Shown here piece by piece: positions 25,207 to 39,037 of a stretch of DNA of 64,000 nucleotides (positions are counted from its first letter, which is position 1; every line of letters begins with the position of its first letter). This DNA comes from Callorhinchus milii. Lineage: Eukaryota. A model generated the notes under the pieces. It was not told the DNA's origin and made no database searches. It saw only the letters and a program-made list of their open reading frames with translations. The position numbers and the translations under genes are program-made. The stretch is taken from positions 134,232,001-134,296,000 of the forward strand of contig NW_024704742.1 of NCBI RefSeq assembly GCF_018977255.1. The letters are read 5' to 3'.

Positions 25207-27675
25207 AAAGAGCTATGGGCTGATGCATTGCCCCTAGGTGAGACATTAAACCAAGGTCCTGCCAATTCGGGTGAATGCTAAAGATCTTATGGCACTATTC
25301 AAAAAGAGAAGGGAGTTTTAACTGATGTCCTGACCAACAATCCCCCAGATAACATTGGTCATTCACTTCACGGCTGTTTGTGGGGACATTTCTGAGTGCC
25401 ACTTTCGACTATAAATACACAGTCACTACACTTTACAGTGAAATCTGGCCAAGCACTTTGGGATTTTTGTTGACGTTATAAGGCGCTATGTCAAATGCAA
25501 ATATTATTGTTAGCAGGTTAGTTAAACTTCTGATCGTGTGACAGTACAAAAAGGAGATGGGAGTGTTTTTGAAACAGTACTCACCCACTTCAGGTAAATT
25601 TCCATTCATCAGAACAAATTGCTTCACAAATGAGAACTCGTAATTATGCAGAAAGTCAATGTCAACAAGATTTGGAATTTTTAATGAAATCTGAAATGAA
25701 ATGAGCTGCATGAGCACTTAGATAGAGTTAGCAATTTTCTTTCCCAATTCCATGAGGGTCTGAATAGTTTGAAGAAGTCTGAGATGGCGCTATATTTTAC
25801 AGTAAACATGAGTCGAAAGCGCTTAGCTATCCCCCTCCCCTAGGTGTTATTTGCAGTGTTATCTCTCTGAGGAGTTGGTGGGATAACAGCAAAAGGAACT
25901 GTTCATTGGGAGGAAATTGCATGACCTTTCTAAGCAGTCATTTATTCTATGTAAAGCCTCTTCTGAATATTAGGAATCACCGAATGAGAAGAGGCAAATT
26001 GACTGTGACTCACTCTCTGTTTGACAAATACTGCGATCGGCATCTGCATTTATATCAATACATGAGTCTGGCACTTCATCAAAGCCCTGTGCAGGTAGTC
26101 TGTTAAAGGACAATGACATTTTATGACAGATTTGCCAGAATGCGAGCGCTCTGCAATCAAATGTCATTAAGTGCAGGGAAAATTGCAGTATTACTGTTTA
26201 TTTTTCATAAGCAAACTATCTTATCACTTAAACCATTTAAAACTGGGTAAACATCAGCCTTTTGTTGTCTTAAAGCTGCAGCATCCTTTTGATTCTACCA
26301 CATCATTGAGACTTGAGCTCATGGTACAATCCAGTGCAGTACTGAAGGAAAGGATGGTAGAGGGGAGGGAAGAACATTAGATTAGGGTCTTCAGCCTTTC
26401 TGCCCCACAAACAGTTGTGGATTGAGTGACCAAAATAATATTTTTTATTTACTTCTTTTTGAAGGGATTTTTATCCCCCGGAAAAGCGATACCCCAATTA
26501 ACTAACAACTGGATTCCTGCTTACTGCTAGATAAACAGGTATGTGGAGTAAGGAAATTTGGTAAACGTTTTGCCCTGCCCGGAAATCGAAACCTGATCCT
26601 CTCGCTTGCGAGGCGAGTGCTCTAACCACTGAGCTACAGGACTCCACATTGTTGTTGTTGTTGAGGTGGTTCTTTAGGTAAGATCCAGGGTCATCCACCT
26701 GTTCTTCGGGTGGATGTTAAAGATCCCATGGCTCTATTTATTATTTATAATAATCCCTAATTTTGATATAGGTCCGTATCATGTCATCGAGACATCTCCA
26801 AGCGCTTTCCAGGATTTACTGTGAAGTGTACTCCCAGAAAAGCGATCCGTCAATCGACTAACAACCGGCTTCTTATTTACTGCTAGGTAAGCAGAGGCAC
26901 GGGTGTGGAGTAAGGACACTTGCCCAACATTTCACCCTGCCCGAGAATCAAATCCAAGTTCTCTCGCTTGTTCTAACCATTATGCTACAGGACTCCACAG
27001 ACACAAGGAACACATTCCACATTATAAAATTGTTTATAAATATCGAAGTTTGTAAGACTTGAGTTTGTGATGTAGACACTGGTCAAGTCAAACTGGAATT
27101 GCATTCGTTGTGGCAGAGTAATAAATTGTCCAAGGACAGAAAAGCGTCATCCAAGCAAACATGTTCAATAGATGTGCGTCATATGTGGCATTAATCCTGA
27201 AGCCATGTGTTTGGGACATGAAAGATGTGCATTAAAGTTGTTGGCAGCAATTATTATGATTGAACACCGTAGCAGTTTAAATGAACTGGACCTCTCCTTC
27301 TCTCTCTTTCCACTGTTTTTCACAACTGAGGTCAATAGATGTTTGGAAAAAGATGTTCGGTCTTCACAACAAAGATGTGTCATGGAGATTTGATAGTTTA
27401 TAAGTGGAATGAAGTTCAACTTCAATCAATTCTCAACAATTCTAACACACAAAAAGTTGTGTCAAGCTCTTAAAAAGCACTGTTCACTTTGCTTGGGTGG
27501 CAATGATTGTAGTTTTTATCCCTTTCCGTTTACAACGTTAAAGAAAAGAATAATTTTGCTCAACGGGGCCCAAAGTTCTGTTTAGTCTCAGTCTACGAAA
27601 TCATTGTATAGTGAGGATGTGGAATCCAAAGTAGAATCAATTTGAATATGTCCACCTGAATTGATCACTCAATCC

Positions 27676-28560
27676 AACAACAACAACAAGATTACACTTG
27701 TACAGCGCCTTTCACATCAGGAGGACGTCCCAAGGTGCTGAACAGTGTACAGCATTTCAGACCTGAGCTGGGGTTGGGGGGGTAAGGGAGGGGAGGGGAA
27801 GGGAGGTGGCCGCTTGCACCGTCGAAGAGGAGGGTCTTGAGGTAGGATGTGAAGGAGTCTAAGGAGGGGGCGAGGCGGAGTGACTGAGGGATGGAATTCC
27901 AGAGATTGGGGGCAGAGTGGCTGAAGGCTCACCCGCCAGTGGTGGGGCGGGTGGGTCGGGGGACGTGGAGCAGCCAGAGCCGGCTGAGTGGAGGGAACAG
28001 GCGGGTTGGTAGGGGGTTAGGAGGTCGCAGAGGTAGGGTGGGACGAGGCTGTGGAGGGCTTTGTAGGTGAGAACTAGGATCTTGAACTGGATCCTCTGAA
28101 GGATAGGGAGTCAGTGGAGTCGGGCAAGAATAGGAGAGATGGGGTCACAGAGTTTGGTGCGGGAGAGGACACGGGCTGCAGAGTTCTGGATTATCTGCAG
28201 CCTGTGGTGGGAGGAGTTGGGAAGGCCGAGAAGCAGAGCGCTTGCATAGTCGAGCCTGGAGGTGATGAAAGCATGAACAAGAGTTTCAGCGCCCTGAGGG
28301 GTGAGGTAGTGGCGGAGTCGGGTGATGTTACGGAGGTGAGGGAAGGAGGAGCGGTTCTATGGCTTGAATGTGGGGGAGAAAAGACAGTTGAGGGTCGAAC
28401 ACGACACCGAGGTTCCTGACTGGTTTGGTGAGTTGTAGTGTGCAACCATGGAGGTTGATGCTGCCAGAGCCTGAGGTGCTGAGGCGTTGGCGCGAGGCAA
28501 TCAGGAGGGCCTCAGTCTTGTTCACGTTCAACTGTAGGAAGTTTGTCCTCATCCAGGACT
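27676..28560 (-). mobile_element. L2-clade LINE fragment
   Basis: SWMRTNFLQLNVNKTEALLI...VRNLGVVFDPQLSF. (TTG)n tail. Confidence 0.9.
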
Positions 28561-29199
28561 TGTTTGTGGGACACTGCTGTGTGCAATTAGATGCCCAGTT
28601 TCGCCCACAAAACACAAAGTCACTGCACTTTACAGTATATCTGGGAAGCGCTTTGAGATGTCTCAATGACGTGATAGGCACTGTATCAATTGCAAAGATT
28701 ATGACTATTGTTATATTATTATTATATCTAACAGAATTGATACTTCATCGACTCGCCTACAAAATACACAGTCATGACCCTTTGCAGTACGTGTCTTTCA
28801 TGTCGGGAGGACATACAAAAGCGCTTCACAGCATATACTGTAAAGCGAATTGACTGTATATTTTGCGGTCGAAACGCGGCAACCATTTGAGCACAGAAAT
28901 GAATTAAAATAATTAATTAAAATAATCGTTAAAGGAGTGACCTATTTTATTTGGGGGATTAATGGACACCAGGAGAAACCGCCTTCTCTAAATGAAAATG
29001 CCACTTTCATGATTTAACAACAAATAGCTACAGGTCAGTGGGTTTGACAACAGTAACAGGAACAATATTAGAATCCATTAAGTAAAAGGTAACTGAACAT
29101 ATAGACAAGTATGAACTGATGAGGTAGTCAGAATGGGTTTGAGCAGGGTCAGTCACATGGTGAGTTTGTTTGTTGACAAAGTCATCGAAGTGATTACTG

Positions 29200-29420
29200 A
29201 AATTAATCTGTGGAAACACTATTTCAGTGAGCGAATAGTAAATCTATGGAACAGGCTCCCTCGGGAGACGGTGCAAGCAGAAAGTGTTGATTCATTCAAA
29301 TACAAATTAGATAGATTTCTTTTAGAAAATAATATTTTGGGATAGAGCATATGAGTAATTTGAGACCTGATATATAGTAAGTGTAATACATTTGGACGAA
29401 CCAGGCAACTTTGAATGTAA
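29200..29420 (+). mobile_element. CR1-like 3' fragment
   Basis: KHYFSERIVNLWNRLPRETVQAESVDSFKYKLDRFL is a typical CR1 ORF2 C-terminus. Confidence 0.75.
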
Positions 29421-30128
29421 GGTTCCCAAAACTTTCCACTCTGCTGTAGACTAATTTACACAGAATGAATTGCTATCAACATCTCCATTATTGTTTTGCC
29501 CACAAATATACAGTCGATTCACTTTACAGTATGTTCTGTGAAGCGCTTTGAGACATCTCGAAGGCATGAAAAAGCACTATATCAAACACAAGATTATTAT
29601 TATTATATTATTGTAGCATTCGACTACCAGGATGGTGGAAGGAGAATGAGATGGACCTTGGTCTACTTTCGTCTAAGCAATAGACGGTAAAATAAAAACT
29701 TATTTGTTTGCTTTAACACTGGAAATGGAAGGGGATTAAAAACTGCATTCATTGCTACCAAAGCAAAGTGAACAGTGCTTTTTAAGAGCTTTACATAACT
29801 GTGTGTGTAAGTGTAGTTCTTCCAGGTCACTCTGCTGAGCCGCACTCCTCCACTGTTGATCAGAGAAGGAGCAGAAGATCTTCTTTCATGTATAATCGTT
29901 GAACGGTACCTGACCTCTCATTAGTCTTAAAGTAGCCATCGCTACACACTGCAGATCATTGCAAATTGAATTGAATCTGGACGCTACTTGGGGATGAAAT
30001 AAAAACCTCGCTAGAAGGAATTCAAGTCCGAGGACCTTCCGGGATGCAAGAGGAGAAAGGGGGGAAGGGGGTGGATTTATCCCTTACTTCCGATTAGCAA
30101 CTTAACTCACTAACTTAAATTATTTTGT

Positions 30129-30457
30129 GGAGTCCTGTAGCTCAGTGGTTAGAGCACTCGCTTTGCAAGTGAGAGACCTGAGTTCAATTCCAGGCAGAGG
30201 GCGAAACCTTGGGCAAGTTTCCTTACTCCACACAGAGCCTAATAATAATCCCTCCAAAACCCCAAAACAATAATAAATTGGTCATTTTCAATCTACGACT
30301 GTTTGTGGGACATTGCTGTGCGCAATTGGCTGCCGCGTTCGCCCACAAATATACAGTCAATTCACTTTACAGTGTGTTCTGTGAAGCGCTTTGGGACGTC
30401 CTTCCGACGTGAAAAGCGCTATATCAAATGCAAAGATTATTATTATTATTATTATTA
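30129..30457 (+). mobile_element. Full-length tRNA-derived Deu-domain SINE (family A, young subfamily)
   Basis: A box tagctcagtggttagagc, TGC anticodon-like loop, B box gagttcaattcc, core gtttgtgggacattgctgtgcgcaattggctgccg, L2-like tail and (TTA)n. Confidence 0.9.
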
Positions 30458-33415
30458 TATTGTGACTGGCAACAAAATTCACTGCGGTGCAACTGCTCAA
30501 CATCAGCACTTTGCTGCCACCTATTGGGAAGGATATTCACCTTCAAGTCAAAGCTTCAGATACATGTGACGACAGAGTGATAAAGCACGGATCACGCCAT
30601 TCAGCCCAACTGATCTGGGGCGGTGTTTATATTCCATACAAGCCCCACCCTCTCCTGTATCCCTCTATGTCCTTCTCCCTCTTCTATAGATATGGATAGT
30701 CTTTTTCTTAAATACATTGATGGCTCACCCCACTTGACAAACTATGCCCCATCATCAAAAGCAACTATATCCCAACTTCCTCCCTCTACGCTTGCATCTC
30801 ACCCCGTCTAGGTGTCAGCCCGACTCTCTCGCTTTCGGCTACAAAACACAGTCACTACCCTACACAAACTTTACAGTAGATCCTGTGACGTACTTTAAGA
30901 CATCCTCCCGAAGTGAAAGGTGCTATATCATATATCAAATGCATGGATCATCATCATTATCATCATCAACATCATCATCATCTATATCGGTCTTTATATC
31001 CAGACTAAAAACCTACCTCTTCAGCTGTATCTACAGTCACCAACTCATTCGCCTTTCCCCCTATAAACGCTCCCGTATAAAGGGCGCTATATAAATATAA
31101 ATTGTTGTTGTATTACACTTTGTTTATATAACAGCTCCAAATTTCCATATTTCTCTGTATAGTATAACTGCCTGGTCACATATTCTTGTCACCTCCTCCC
31201 TCCCCACTGCTCGGCGACACTGTTAAACGTTCCGAGACACTGGGTAACACAAGGGGCGCTATGTAAATGCAAGTTGTTGTCTAATTATTTTTGTGTGGTT
31301 GTAATTTAATATTACCATAATCCTTGAACAGATGGGTTGGCTTCTCTAATATACGCATGTAGAGGTCTTTGTTGCCAAGTAAATTAGAGGCAATAGTTAT
31401 TGATGGTTTCCATTAATGTCAGGTTTGATGCCTGTCCCTTTAGGACGATGCCTTGTACCATAAAAGGCAAGAATAGTACATTGTGTTAAAGAGTAGATGG
31501 CTCCATTGTTAGAGTGGAGGAGCAAGAGCACTGGCATGGGCTGGATAGACAGCTGTGCTGGGAATTCTATGCTAACATAGCTACAGCAACCTAATATCCT
31601 AAAACCAAATCCTTTGTGATCGCATCAGGGCTATCAGGGCTATGCCTGGCTCTGTCGGTAGCGCTCTCGCCTGCGAGTCAGAAAGTTGTGAGTTCAACCC
31701 CCACGTCAGGACTAGAACTCACATAGTGTAAGATGAACTCCAGTGCAGTGCTGGGGGTGTGCTGCAGTGTGGAGGTGCCGTCCTTTGGATGAGATGTTAA
31801 CCCAAGGTCCCGTCTACCTGTTTCAGGAAACAGGCTACTCGACCAAACCAGTCCATGTCAGTATTTACACTCCACATAAGTCCCCACCTACTCCTTATAT
31901 TTCCCTTCTACTCCCTTCTCCCTCATATGAGGGTCTAGCTTTCCCTTAAATGCATCTACATGTATACTATCTGCTTCCACCATAGTTTAAAACATTGTCA
32001 GCAAATTACAAGATCGAGCTGGATGCCAAATAAGACAATGATAAGGGAATAAATCGCATTTGAACAAGGAAATTTCCGGTCTCTGATGGACCTACGTTCT
32101 TGGAGGTGCTGCCTTTCAAATGAGACAACAACAACTTGCATTTATATAGCGTCCTTCAGGTGGGGCAGCGGCTCAGAGCTCTTAACAATGGTGGGGTTTG
32201 ACATTGACCCAGGGAGAAAGGGGAGGTGACCATAGACACAAGAACAGCAACAACAAATTGGATTTATATAATGCCTTTCACCTCGGCAGTACATCCCAAG
32301 GCAAATACACGGTTGAATAGAAAGGGCTTCACATTGAACTGAGGCCCTGTCTGCCTGTTAAGGTGTTTCAAAATCCCAATGGTGATCCTTGTATTTGAGG
32401 GTACTACTGTACCGGAAAAGAAAAGGGAGTTTCTCCCGGTGTCCTGTGTCCAACAGCATAACAACAACAACAATAAAATTACATTTGTAAAGCACCTTTC
32501 ACATCGGGAGGACGTCGCAAGGCGTTGGAGTTACAGACCCGAGCTGGGGGTCGGGTTGGGGGAGGGTGGAGGGCAGGTGGGGGGAAACAGGGAGATTGAA
32601 AGCATGGTCGAAGAGGAGGATCGTAAGCTAATCATTCACTTTGTGGCTGTTTGTGGGACATTTGCTGGGCTGTCTAACTCTAACTTGACAGCGATTTATT
32701 GAGAGGTAAGGTCTTTCAGCGGCTCTCAATGTCATAGTCTCTGTATCAAATACAACAACTACTGTCATTAATAATAATAGCCAAGAGAGGCTCTGAATTC
32801 TGACCTCACATTCCTGTATTTTAACAGCTGCAGATCAATGCGTGACTTCTGCCAGAGGCCACTTTGACATTTACCACAAGGAAAAATTACAAACAAATAA
32901 ACCCAAAATAGTCTAACCTTTAGCTACCCACCCCCACTTCCCTCCCCTCCACTCCCTCCCTCACCCCTCCCACCCCCCACACACACACACCTCTCAGGCA
33001 CACACACAAACTTCATTTGTACAGACTTAAATTAGTGAAAAGAACATAGAATAATCTTTGCATTTGATTCTACATTTTATGTCAGGAAGATATCTCACAG
33101 CCCCTCCCCGCATTCACTGTAATGTGTAGTGACTGTGTGTTTCGTAGGCAAATAGGCCAGAAATGGGGGGAAAGCTGCATTTTTTAAAGGTGCCATCTTT
33201 TGGATGAAGCGTTAAACAGAGGTTCATGTCTGCTTATTTGGTTAAAAGACAATGTCCTGGCCAACAATCCTCCATGTGAATTGATCACTGCTCAAGGCTG
33301 GTTAGTGGGACATTTCCGATGGCAAATTGACTGCCGTATTTAACCAGAAATATCATTTGTAGATCAGTGGTGGCTTGCGGGCTGAAAACTCATAATTCTA
33401 ATAATTCATAATTTT

Positions 33416-34382
33416 AACAACAACAACAACAAGATTCCATTTATAAAGCGCCTTTCACGTCAGGAGGACGTCCCAAGGCGCTGCACAGTTGGGTCAGGAC
33501 CCGAGCAGGGGGGAAATGGTCAGGGTGAGGGAAGGGAGGGAGCAAGGGGGGAAATGGTCAGGGTGAGGGGAGGGAAGGGAGGGAGCGAGGAGGGGGGTAG
33601 AGAGTCGAGAGGGGAGCTGAAGGCTCGATTAAAGAGAAAGGTTTTGAGACCGGCCTTGAAGGAGGAAAGGGAGGAGGCAAGGCGAAGGCACTGGGGGATG
33701 GACTTCCAGAGCCTAGGGGCTGAGAGGCTGAAAGCCCGACACCGATGGTAGGGCGGTTGGGGCGGGGGACGTGGAGCAGACCGGAGCCAGAGGAACGGAG
33801 GGTACGGGCAGGTAGGTAGGGGGATAGTAGGTTGGAGAGGTAGGAGGGAGCAAAGCCGTGAATGGCCTTGTAGGTGAGGATGAGGATCTTGAATTCGATC
33901 CTCTGGGGGATGGGGAGCCAGTGGAGGCGAGCGAGGGTGGGAGTGATGTGGTCACGAAGCCTGGTGCGGGACAGTACACGAGCTGCAGAGTTCTGAATGA
34001 CCTGCAGTGTGGAGGGAGGTGGCGGGAAGGCCGGCGAGGAGAGAGTTCCCGTAGTCCAGCCTTGAGGTGATAAAGGCGTGGACCAGAGTTTCAGCAGCGT
34101 GAGGGGTGAGGTAATGCGTAGTCTGGCGATGTTCCGGAGGTGATGGAAGGCGGTGCCAGTTGTGGTGCGGATGTGAGGGAGAAAGGACAGCTCAGGGTCG
34201 AACAGAACCCCGAGGTTCCTGACGGCTTTGAGAGGTGGAGAGTGCAGCCTTGGATGCTGATGGTGTCGGCGCCTGAGGTGCGGAGGCGCTGACGTGAGCC
34301 AATCAGGAGGACCTCGGTTTTTCACACGTTGAGCTGAAGAAAGTTGTCTCTAGTCCAGGACTCGATGTCGGACAGGCAGGCT
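33416..34382 (-). mobile_element. Young L2-clade LINE, 5'-truncated
   Basis: CLSDIESWTRDNFLQLN and LHWLPIPQRIEFKILILTYKAIHG. (TTG)n tail. Confidence 0.92.
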
Positions 34383-37204
34383 TTGGAATTTAAATTTGGA
34401 AGTTGTTTTTCTGTACTTCCTTGAAAGAACCAAGTCTTTGCATAATCTATATTCTTGGAGGTGCCGTCCTTTGGATGAGACAACAGCAACAATAGCAGCA
34501 ACAACAACAATTAGTATTTAAAAGTATTATTGTTATTATATAGCACCCTTCAAATGGGATAGCTGGTGTTTTAAAAATGTTCTACAACTCTTGCGTTTTA
34601 ACAACAAATTGCATTTCTATAGCGTCTTTCACATCGGGAGGATATCCCAAGGCATTGAACACTCAGCGGTTTGGATCTGAGCTGGGGGGTGGGACCAGGA
34701 GGTGTGGAGGGCAGGGAGAGTAGGGGTAGGAGGGTGACTGAAGGCGCAGTCGAATATGTTAAACTCTGTTGCTTAGCTTTTGGTTAGGACAAAATGGTTG
34801 TGCAGGCTAAGGTTAAGTAGAATTTCAGCAACAACGACATGGATTTATATAGCTCCCTTCACATGGGTTGCATGTAGGGCCACGAAAACCCACACCAAAA
34901 AATAGGTTTACACTTTCAAATAATACTATTAACATTTCGATGAGGTTTATCCTGAATTCCAAAGTGGCACTGTTGGTTAATTGGAGCAGTGGACTTTACT
35001 ATTCACACACCATCTGATATGACAAGGTAAATGGTTTGGCATAACCTCCTTTCTTAGATTATTTCCTATTCAGGGGGTTGTTTAGTTCTAGTTGTGCCAG
35101 TAAATGTCCTCATTAAATTTAAGACCAGAGTTAGGTTTGCAAAACGCCATTGTTTAATTATTTTCCAAATCTAGAAGTGAAACTTTTATTTCTCCTTCCC
35201 CTATCTTTTTGCTTCTGTTTCCCATTCTCCAGGTAAATGCTGAAATCTATTCGGGGGTGGGGTGGGCGGGGGAGGGGGGGTGGATTTTGACATATCCGCA
35301 GGTAGGGCATATTATTGTGTTCTATAACATATTGACCATTCAGCTACAGTATATCCAGTACATACATAATAATAATCATTGCATTTGATATAGCGCCTTA
35401 TCAAGTAGTTGAGAGGTCTCAAAACACTTCACAGAATATATTGTAAACTGAATTAACTGTATTTTGTGGATGATAAATCAGTAGCCTGGGTCAGTTGGTA
35501 GCTCTCTCGCTACTGTTTAGATGATTGCGCATTCCAGCCCCAGGTCAGGACTTTGGGCTCATACCCTAGAATAACATTCCAGTGCAGTGATGTTGGTGGA
35601 TTGCAATGTCAGAGCCAATTTGCACCCAGCATTGCCCACAAACAGCCAGTGAGTGACCAATCTTTATTTACTGGCTTGTTGGTCAGGACTCCAGGAGAAA
35701 CTCTCTTCTCTTTTCAAATAGTGCCACAGGATCTTTAACATCCACAAGAGGCAGATGGGACCTCCAGGTTGGAGGCTCATCCAAAGTCCAGATGCGAGGC
35801 TTGAATCCACAGCCTCTGACTCAGAGGAGAGAGTGCCAACAACTGAGCCAGGCTGACACCTAATGTGTCAAAATAAACAGGGAGCTTCTTATTCTCCTGC
35901 TGGTCGGTCGGTCGCATCAACTTAAAATTAAGCTGAGAGAAGGATCCGGAAAACTCAAAAAATCAAAGCTGCTGAATCCCAATATCTACATCAAACATTC
36001 CAGTGCAATGCTGGGGCTGCACTGTATTGTTGGTGGCACAGACCTATGGATGAGACCTTAAACCGAGATCCGACACTACTCGAAAAAAGGAGATTTTCCC
36101 GGTGTCCTGAACAAGAATCCCCAGAACAAATAGTTTGTTTGGTTGGACACCAGGAGGAACTCCCTTCACTTTTTGGAAAGTGCCATAAGATCTTTATTGT
36201 CCACCTAAACACCAGATGGGACCTCAGTTTAACTGAAGGACGGCAATTGTTGGATAACAATGCAGCAGACCCTCAACACTACTGCCGTATCAGCCAGTCG
36301 GTGAATTCAAAAGTCCCAATGTGGGGCTTGAACCCACAAAGTTCTGACTGATAGGCAAGAGTGCTACAGACTGAGCCAGTCTGACATTCTCCTTTTCTTA
36401 CTGACACACGCTGAAACGGGGTTAACTTCTGTGGGACATTGCTGAGTGCAAATACAAACATACAGCTATTGCACCTTACAGCAACGCTCTTGTGAAGCAT
36501 TTTGCAAAGTCTCAAAGACAGTACATCAAATGCTAGGTATGCAAGAGATGGATGGAAGACTGGTGGTGGGACGGAAGAGATATTAAAGGATGTGGTGTGA
36601 AGGCAAGGCACTGGGGTTAGAGGAAGGTAGAGCGTGGGTTGCGAAATAGTCTGTGGCAGAGCAGACTCTGAATGGCCTCCTCCTGTTCCTGAATTTCTTT
36701 GCGAGTGCTTTGTTAAGTAACACAGTGTTGATTGGGTTTACACGATGTGTCCTATAGGAGGTGCGTTTGGTAACAACAGTTCCATTTGCTTCAGGGATAG
36801 TGGGTTGAGTTTCTGTCGTTCTAACTTGAACTTATTGAGCCCTGAGCTGAACATAATAAGAATATCCAGGAATTCATAAAGGATCTATAAAAGCTTAAAG
36901 TAGGGATATATATATGCAAGTTGTTGTGGTTGTACTGTATTTGGATTAAAAACTTGACCGAAATGATAAAATAAATTTTTGCACTTCATAGAGAGCCTTG
37001 GTCATGTCTGGAGGACGCCTCAAAGCGCTTCACAGGATATACAGTTAAGTACAGTGACTGTGTATTTCATGGATGAACGCGGCAGCCAATTTACGCACAG
37101 CAATGTACCATAAACAGCCATGAAATGAACCACCAGTTTTATCGGGGGGATTGTTGACCAGGTCACTGGGAGAAACTCTCTTCTCTTTTCAAATTGCGCC
37201 ATGG

Positions 37205-37350
37205 GACATAGGAACATGGGAATTAGGAAGAGGATTAGGCCATTCAGCCCCTCGAGCCTGCCCCGCCATTCAATAAGATCATGGCTGATCTTCTAACCTA
37301 ACTCCATCTTCCCGCCTTAGCCCCATATCCCTTAATCCCTCTATCCTTTA
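37205..37350 (-). mobile_element. CR1 3'UTR fragment
   Basis: Homologous to 58560-58700 (ggccattcagcccctcgagcctg...atggctgatctt). Confidence 0.75.
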
Positions 37351-38050
37351 GATAGAGGATGTTTAATGTCCATCCGAAATAGGCAGACGGTACTTCAGTT
37401 TAACGTCTCATCCGAAGCACAAAGCCTAAAGTATCTCATTTCAAATACTCTAGACATGCAAGGATGTTTAAGACATCTTAACATGTGCTCTGATGTCATT
37501 CCACCAGGAGGCGCATTTCAGCAAACACACCCCTCCCTTCCTCCCAGCCAAGCTGTCAGATTTCATGCCTCCGCTACTCAGCCAATAATGCAATAAACAA
37601 TAAAGCAGAACAATAAAATAATAAAGGCTGTAATAAGAGACATTGAATACATCAGTGAGGACTGTGCTTCAAAGTTACTCATCAGGAATCCAGCTCTTTA
37701 TTATAGTTGTTAGTGTCGCCTGCTGCGATTCTGCTTCTTTGAAACTACACACGAGCCCACAAATACAGTTTCAAGTTCCTCACTCACCGTCATGCCCTGG
37801 CACCTGCCTATCCCCGTGATCTTCCCCCACTCTGAGTTGACTGGGACTTGCTCCTCATCCCTGCTCTGTCTACACCACCATCTGTGGCTAAGCCTTCAGC
37901 CCCTAAGCCTATGGACTATCTCTCTAACGCTCAGTCTCGCCTCATCTCTATCTATAATTAAATCGCTCATAAAAACCTACCTTCTCGATTGCGCCTTGGG
38001 AGACTTTCTCCGACCCATTTGCGAAGCCCAGGATCAAGGGGTAAGGTGGA

Positions 38051-38132
38051 TTTCTGTCAAACATCGGAAGCGGCTACAGGGAGCGAGGGTTAGGGCTCGC
38101 TCCCTGTAGCCGCTTCCGATGTTTAACAGAAA
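38051..38132. repeat. 37-bp inverted repeat with an 8-nt loop GGTTAGGG
   Basis: Arms 38051-38087 and 38096-38132 are reverse complements with one mismatch. Confidence 0.95.
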
Positions 38133-38144
38133 GTCACTGACCTG

Positions 38145-38690
38145 TGACTGAACACCCTTGAGGCGGAGGTGGCTTCACAGAGGGCAGCTGAACTGGCTCC
38201 GAGGATATACGCTTGGCAACGGAAGGTCAGAGTTAAGTTAATCCTCCGTGGAGGTCTCAGTGGTCTGGTTCCCGAGCCAGGATGACAGCACTCACTGGCT
38301 CATTGGCAGGACGTGGAATTACAGACCATTTATTGGAGGCAGAGATTCTTCACACTCAACTCCCATTAACCCTAAAAGTCAAAGCGCTCACTGGTAGTCT
38401 GGTCCTAGCTGGAGAAACATGCTTGCCAGTCACTGCTATCAATGGCAAGCTATGCGGTTCCGGGTTAAACTCCAGCAGTTACCCCCAACGCACATTCTGG
38501 GGTCTGCAAACTTAGCTCCCGCCAGCCCGCACCTGATACTCTCCAGAATTCCAGACATTGTCCTGACGAGAAATACGCTATTGAGTGTTGTATTGTATTG
38601 GCAACAACAAGATTACCTTTTCTAAAGCACCCGAACTAGGTAAGCACGATGGTGTCCCTCCGGTGAAAGAGCGTGCGTTCCATTCCAGTG
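38145..38690 (+). repeat. Copy of an old unclassified interspersed repeat
   Basis: Collinear similarity to 3180-3665, 12340-12795 and 46800-47052, and to reverse copies at about 10.5-11.0, 16.4-16.5, 51.6 and 52.5 kb. Confidence 0.7.
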
Positions 38691-39037
38691 AGCCCTCTCT
38701 TCCTGGGTGGCAGCTACAGCGAAATACGGACAGCACATAAAAGCAAAAGTTGGCGTTTGATCAGTCAAAACAGGTCACTGCAGACAGCTCACGGTTTAAA
38801 GGAAGTTTAAGTTTAATTATAATTGTGTAGAAAAGGCTTCAGACTGTAAGAAGTCGATTTTGAGAACTTGGTTGTCATCTCCATCCCTGTGTGTGTAACA
38901 GCTTTAACAAGGCCTCAGTAGCATTATTTTCAGTGTGATGGATACATTCATATTTCAATAGAATTTGCTACAATTAAACACACAACAAAGTAAATATACA
39001 GTGCACAATAATAATAATCTTTGCATAATAATCTTTG

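Noticed and set aside
30129..30200. tRNA-Ala(TGC) gene
   Set aside because: It is the tRNA-derived head of a SINE and continues into SINE body and tail in many copies.
38200..38230. RFX/ETS-like motifs suggesting a promoter
   Set aside because: They lie inside a copy of the unclassified interspersed repeat, with no independent evidence.
38362..38375. TTAACCCT as a piggyBac terminus of the unclassified repeat
   Set aside because: Similarity between copies continues on both sides of the TTAA, so it is not a terminus.
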